The position numbers and the translations under genes are program-made. From the NCBI GenBank assembly GCA_046583315.1, contig JAYGCN010000116.1:1-39103 (forward strand): a stretch of DNA of 39,103 nucleotides. The letters are read 5' to 3'. Shown piece by piece: positions 35,530-39,103 of this stretch. This DNA is from Candidatus Hydrogenedentota bacterium. GTDB lineage: Bacteria; Hydrogenedentota; Hydrogenedentia; Hydrogenedentales; GCA-2746185. The notes beneath the pieces were generated by a model. It was given only the letters and a program-made list of their open reading frames with translations. It searched no databases and was not told the origin of the DNA. How positions within the stretch are numbered: position 1 is the stretch's first letter; every line of letters begins with the position of its first letter.

Positions 35530-35674
35530 TCGTCGCTGTGTCCCGCCGCCTGTGTGTGAGCGCGGCGACAGGGTCCAGTTCTTCCGGACAAAACCCTGAA
35601 TATTTCCCAATATTTAAGCGTAAAACTGGGTGCGCTGTGTGTCGCGTACCAAAAAGAAACTGGAGAGCAACGTT

Positions 35675-36103
35675 TTGCCTACCATTAACCAGTTAGTGCG
35701 GAATTGCCGCAAAGAGAAGAAATCGAAGTCCAAGTCAAGGGCGCTCAAGGGATGTCCTCAGGCCTCCGGCACGTGTACGCGTGTGTATACGATGACCCCG
35801 AAGAAGCCGAACTCGGCCCTTCGTAAAGTGGCTCGTGTGCGTCTGAAAAACGGCATGGAAGTAACAACGTATATTCCCGGCATCGGTCACAACCTGCAGG
35901 AACACTCGCAGGTCATGATTCGTGGCGGTCGTGTAAAAGATTTACCCGGTGTGAAGTATCACATGATTCGTGGCGTACTCGATGCGCAGGGCGACATGGG
36001 TGGTTCGGCATCTGAACAAGAGAAAGACGGCAAGAAGGTCCATGAAGGTCGCTGGGTTAGCCGTTCCAAATACGGGGTTAAAAAGCCCAAGGTGAGAGAC
36101 TAA
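35675..36103 (+). CDS. rpsL: 30S ribosomal protein S12
   Basis: TTG start (SD GGAGAG) giving [48 protein letters not shown]. Confidence 0.98.
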   Translation: MPTINQLVRNCRKEKKSKSKSRALKGCPQASGTCTRVYTMTPKKPNSALRKVARVRLKNGMEVTTYIPGIGHNLQEHSQVMIRGGRVKDLPGVKYHMIRGVLDAQGDMGGSASEQEKDGKKVHEGRWVSRSKYGVKKPKVRD

Positions 36104-36107
36104 TTCC

Positions 36108-36581
36108 ATGCCTAGAAGACGCGAAGTTCCCAAACGAATCGTTCTGCCGGATCCCATTTACGGCAGTACCACCCTTACAAAATTCATCAACGCAGTCATG
36201 GTTGACGGGAAGAAAAGTATCGCTGAAGGCATCGTGTATGGCGCGCTGGAAATTATCAAACAGCGCACGAACAACGATGATCCCATAGCGATTTTTAATC
36301 AGGCACTTGAAAATGCGAAGCCTCTGCTTCAGGTCAAGTCCCGCCGTGTCGGTGGTGCGACCTATCAGGTGCCCATTGAAGTGGCTCCGGCAACGCGCCG
36401 TGCTTTGGCGTTCCGCTGGATCATTGAGTTTGCGCGCAAGCGCGGTGAGAAAACAATGATCGAACGCCTCGCTGGCGAGTTGATCGATTGCTATAATAAA
36501 CAAGGCTCCACGATTAAGCGGCGCGAAGACACGCACCGTATGGCCGAAGCGAACAAGGCGTTCGCGCACTTTCGGTTTTAG
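36108..36581 (+). CDS. rpsG: 30S ribosomal protein S7
   Basis: [42 protein letters not shown]. Confidence 0.99.
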   Translation: MPRRREVPKRIVLPDPIYGSTTLTKFINAVMVDGKKSIAEGIVYGALEIIKQRTNNDDPIAIFNQALENAKPLLQVKSRRVGGATYQVPIEVAPATRRALAFRWIIEFARKRGEKTMIERLAGELIDCYNKQGSTIKRREDTHRMAEANKAFAHFRF

Positions 36582-36792
36582 GGAATCTGGAGCAGTGAAT
36601 TACGCATTTATATAGAGCGGTTACGCAGCAGCGCGAACCCTTCTGACTTAAAAAGTTGAATCAAAGTCAACTGTAGGGCCTTCCAACTCGATAATGGATT
36701 GACGCAACGCCTGCCATGCGACCGCTCTTGAGCAAATGTACAAACGAGAACGATTGTTTTAACCGTTTAAACTAACGAAGAGAGGTAGTGTT

Positions 36793-38886
36793 GTGGCGCG
36801 TAAATATCCACTAGAGAAAACCCGTAACATCGGGATCATGGCCCACATTGATGCCGGCAAGACCACCGTCACCGAACGTGTCTTGTACTATTCCGGCCGT
36901 TTGCACCGTATTGGAGAAGTCCACGATGGTGCAGCCACCATGGATTACATGGAACAGGAGCAGGAACGCGGCATAACCATCACCTCTGCGGCTACCGCAT
37001 GTGAATGGAACGACCACCGTGTCAATATCATTGATACACCCGGTCACGTAGATTTCACCGCTGAAGTAGAGCGGTCGTTGCGTGTGCTGGATGGTGCTGT
37101 CGCCGTATTCTGTGCTGTGGCCGGAGTGCAACCGCAATCTGAGACGGTGTGGCGACAAGCTGATAAGTACGATGTCCCCCGCCTTGCCTTCATCAATAAG
37201 ATGGACCGTGTTGGAGCCGATTTCTTTAACGCCATTGAGACCATGAAAGATCGTCTCGGCGCCAAAGCAATCCCTATCCAATTTCCTATCGGAGCCGAAG
37301 ACCAGTTCCGTGCCTGTGTTGATCTCATTTCCCGCGAGTGTGTCTCTTGGGAGAGTGATGACATTGACACTGAAATGGTCACCATCGATATGCCTGCGGA
37401 CGTAGTGGACGAAGTTGAAGAACTTCGGCACACGCTTGTGGAAGCCATTGTTGAGCATGACGAAGCACTTATGGAGAAGTACCTCGAAGGTGAAGAACTC
37501 ACCATTGATGAACTTCGTGCCGGACTGCGGATGTGCACCATTGAAGGGCACATCGTTCCGGTATTGGCCGGGACCGCTCTGAAAAACAAGGGCGTGCAGC
37601 TCATGCTCGATGCTGTTGTTCATTATTTACCTTCACCACTTGATGTGGAAGCGATCGAAGGGAATGAACCTCGCAGCGACAACAAGCTTTCCCGTAAGCC
37701 TTCGGACGATGAACCGTTTGCCGCTTTGGCCTTCAAGATCATTACAGACCCGCACGTAGGTAAATTAACCTTCGTGCGTGTGTATAGTGGAACGCTCGCT
37801 GCGGGTACGCAGGTGTACAACTCGCGCACCACGAAAAAGGAACGTCTTGGTCGTTTGCTCGAAATGCATGCGAACACACGGACGGATCTCGAAGAACTTC
37901 GTGCCGGTGACATTGGTGCCGTAATCGGGTGTAAAGATACACGCACCGGTGATACACTTTGCGATCTGAAAAACCCTATTGAGCTGATGAATGTGGACTT
38001 CCCGGAACCGGTTGTTGAAGTGGCTATCGAGCCTAAGTCTAAAGCAGACCAGGATCGATTGAGCGACGCGATGGTCAAACTCAGTGAAGAAGATCCTACG
38101 TTCCGCGTCAAGACGGACGAAGAAACGGGTCAGACGGTGATTGCGGGTATGGGTGAACTTCACCTTGATATCCTGGTCGATCGCATGAGGCGTGAATTTA
38201 ATGTGGAAGCCAATATCGGGAAGCCGATGGTGGCCTACCGCGAGTCGATTCGCAAAGAAGCGAAAGCCGAAGCGAAGTTTGTGCGGCAGAGTGGTGGTCG
38301 TGGTCAGTATGGACACGTTGTTCTTACCATTGAGCCATCCGAGCCCGGCGAAGGATTCGTGTTTGAATCCAAGGTCGTCGGTGGATCGATTCCCAAGGAA
38401 TACATCCCGGGTGTTGAAAAAGGCTGTAAGAACGCACTGCAGAACGGCGTGATTTCCGGCTACCAGACCGTTGACGTGAAAGTGACTTTGCTGGACGGTA
38501 CATACCATGAAGTTGACTCCAACGAAATGGCCTTTGAAATTGCCGGTTCGATGGCTGTGAAAGAAGCCGCACCGAAAGCGAGCCCGACCTTGCTGGAGCC
38601 TTCGATGAAAATTGAAGTGACGACGCCGGACGAATTTACCGGGGACGTGATTGGTGATATCAACAGTCGCCGGGGTCGCATGGAAAGCATGGAAGCAAAA
38701 GGTACGACGCAGGTGATTGTTGCCTACGTGCCCTTGTCTGAAATGTTTGGTTATGCCAATGACCTGCGCTCCAAAACGCAGGGCCGTGCAGCGTTTGCGA
38801 TGGAATTCCATCGTTACGAGCCAGTTCCGCCAAGCGTTGCGAACGAAATTATGGAAGCGGCCGGTAATACGTACCGGTTCAAATAG
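36793..38886 (+). CDS. fusA: Elongation factor G
   Basis: [55 protein letters not shown]. Confidence 0.99.
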   Translation: MARKYPLEKTRNIGIMAHIDAGKTTVTERVLYYSGRLHRIGEVHDGAATMDYMEQEQERGITITSAATACEWNDHRVNIIDTPGHVDFTAEVERSLRVLDGAVAVFCAVAGVQPQSETVWRQADKYDVPRLAFINKMDRVGADFFNAIETMKDRLGAKAIPIQFPIGAEDQFRACVDLISRECVSWESDDIDTEMVTIDMPADVVDEVEELRHTLVEAIVEHDEALMEKYLEGEELTIDELRAGLRMCTIEGHIVPVLAGTALKNKGVQLMLDAVVHYLPSPLDVEAIEGNEPRSDNKLSRKPSDDEPFAALAFKIITDPHVGKLTFVRVYSGTLAAGTQVYNSRTTKKERLGRLLEMHANTRTDLEELRAGDIGAVIGCKDTRTGDTLCDLKNPIELMNVDFPEPVVEVAIEPKSKADQDRLSDAMVKLSEEDPTFRVKTDEETGQTVIAGMGELHLDILVDRMRREFNVEANIGKPMVAYRESIRKEAKAEAKFVRQSGGRGQYGHVVLTIEPSEPGEGFVFESKVVGGSIPKEYIPGVEKGCKNALQNGVISGYQTVDVKVTLLDGTYHEVDSNEMAFEIAGSMAVKEAAPKASPTLLEPSMKIEVTTPDEFTGDVIGDINSRRGRMESMEAKGTTQVIVAYVPLSEMFGYANDLRSKTQGRAAFAMEFHRYEPVPPSVANEIMEAAGNTYRFK

Positions 38887-38962
38887 AGTTTAGAGTATAA
38901 ATTTTAGAGATACACGCCGAAATGCGTAGATTTTGAACAGAACATCAAAGGAGATCTGAAGG

Positions 38963-39103
38963 ATGTCGAAAGAAAAGTTCGAGCGGACGAAGCCGCACGT
39001 GAACGTGGGTACGATTGGTCACGTTGACCATGGCAAGACTACGCTTACGAGCGCGATAACGAAGATATTGGCGGAGTCCCAAGGGTCTACGGCGATGGAT
39101 TTC
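38963..39103 (+). CDS. tuf: Elongation factor Tu (5' partial)
   Basis: [29 protein letters not shown], running off the window edge. Confidence 0.98.
   Translation, partial: MSKEKFERTKPHVNVGTIGHVDHGKTTLTSAITKILAESQGSTAMDF

Noticed and set aside
36811..38811. 270-aa and 348-aa antisense ORFs
   Set aside because: Shadows of fusA caused by codon bias.
1..39103. CRISPR arrays, tRNA/rRNA genes, transposases, integrases, defence systems
   Set aside because: No regularly spaced repeats, RNA gene signatures or recombinase motifs were seen by eye.

Overview
A 39.1-kb window of bacterial chromosome at moderate GC, made up mostly of housekeeping genes. From left to right it carries: the probable 3' end of rplI; dnaB, dapA, mtaB and larE; a Tat-exported sugar-phosphate isomerase, a Ser/Thr kinase and a HAD hydrolase; a BNR-repeat protein gene; a metallophosphoesterase and HU; pyrR-pyrB-pyrC-truA; a GDSL lipoprotein; OPT and NhaC transporters; a P460-fold cytochrome and a ComB-family phosphatase; two TMTC-like GT-C/TPR membrane glycosyltransferases; a sigma54-driven cluster of three type IV pilins; gpmI, a methyltransferase, a GT2 and a GH98-like gene; a PHP-like lipoprotein and an EF-hand exported protein; and the str operon (rpsL-rpsG-fusA-tuf, tuf partial). 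Gene content suggests a diderm environmental lineage such as Hydrogenedentota or PVC-like bacteria, but this is a guess. No rRNA, tRNA, CRISPR, integrase or transposase was seen. Four observations stand out. (1) A 2.5-kb single-gene insertion is bracketed by two synonymously diverged copies of the phosphoesterase gene's 3' end. (2) The pilin locus has a major pilin followed by a terminator and two variant pilins that share a 50-bp identical block, and it sits among TMTC-like and GT2 glycosyltransferases, which suggests a pilin glycosylation and variation system. (3) The pyr leader has a terminator and a coupled leader ORF in front of a PyrR that has lost most of its RNA-binding residues. (4) DnaB ends in an SSB-like acidic tail. 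All family assignments come from motif recognition by eye, not from database searches.
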